From positions 186,001-250,000 of the IMG/VR virus record IMGVR_UViG_3300036760_000522: a stretch of 64,000 nucleotides of DNA. One strand, written 5' to 3'. Position 1 is the first letter of the stretch; each line of letters begins with the position of its first letter. Of this stretch, positions 63,963 through 64,000 are shown piece by piece. The translations under genes and the position numbers were made by a program. Below the pieces are notes generated by a model. The model was not told the DNA's origin and made no database searches. It was given only the letters and a program-made list of their open reading frames with translations.

Positions 63963-64000
63963 CCCTTTCGAAAAAACACAACAACTGATAGTTTACCCAC

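Noticed and set aside
1-64000. Stop-codon reassignment
   Set aside because: Core genes are full length in the standard code, and TAA, TAG and TGA all end tightly packed genes. The ung and ligA breaks are TAA and are not rescued by read-through.
1-64000. Host assignment, tRNA genes, tail sheath/tube and tape-measure genes
   Set aside because: No tRNA cloverleaf and no clear sheath, tube or tape-measure motifs were recognised. The host cannot be inferred from this window without searches.

Overview
The window is a 64-kb segment of a large tailed-phage (jumbo/large Caudoviricetes-like) genome. Almost all genes are on the minus strand, and no rRNA, tRNA or CRISPR array was seen. In transcription order (right to left) it holds four modules. 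(1) A bacterial-style replication, recombination and nucleotide module: C-terminal half of an NAD-dependent ligase, ThyX, RecD2, gp32-like SSB, RuvC, RecA, SbcD with a split SbcC, PD-(D/E)XK nuclease, beta-clamp-like protein, Toprim primase, DnaX, a NusG-5'-3' exonuclease fusion and a tandem sigma-region-4 protein. (2) A packaging and head module: TerS-like protein, TerL, three tandem decoration-protein paralogs, portal, an inserted 5-hmdU-kinase/aGPT-PPase1-family gene, prohead protease, polyQ scaffold, decoration protein and major capsid protein. (3) An accessory and internal-protein zone: LAGLIDADG-methyltransferase fusion, thermonuclease, truncated uracil-DNA glycosylase and small proteins sharing N-terminal leaders. 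(4) A fibre/appendage module built around a methyltransferase-GT2-TPR enzyme and Asp/Ser/Thr repeat proteins, interrupted by a plus-strand island carrying a DNA adenine methylase. The most interesting signals are a putative capsid-cargo addressing code (shared N-terminal leaders plus (K/R)xA maturation sites), a putative glycosylated-fibre system with a portable ~20-aa docking repeat, two phage promoter motifs with fixed spacing to leaderless starts, an SD-sequestering hairpin switch, and several unusual fusions and splits. All functional calls come from motif recognition by eye; no database searches were run.
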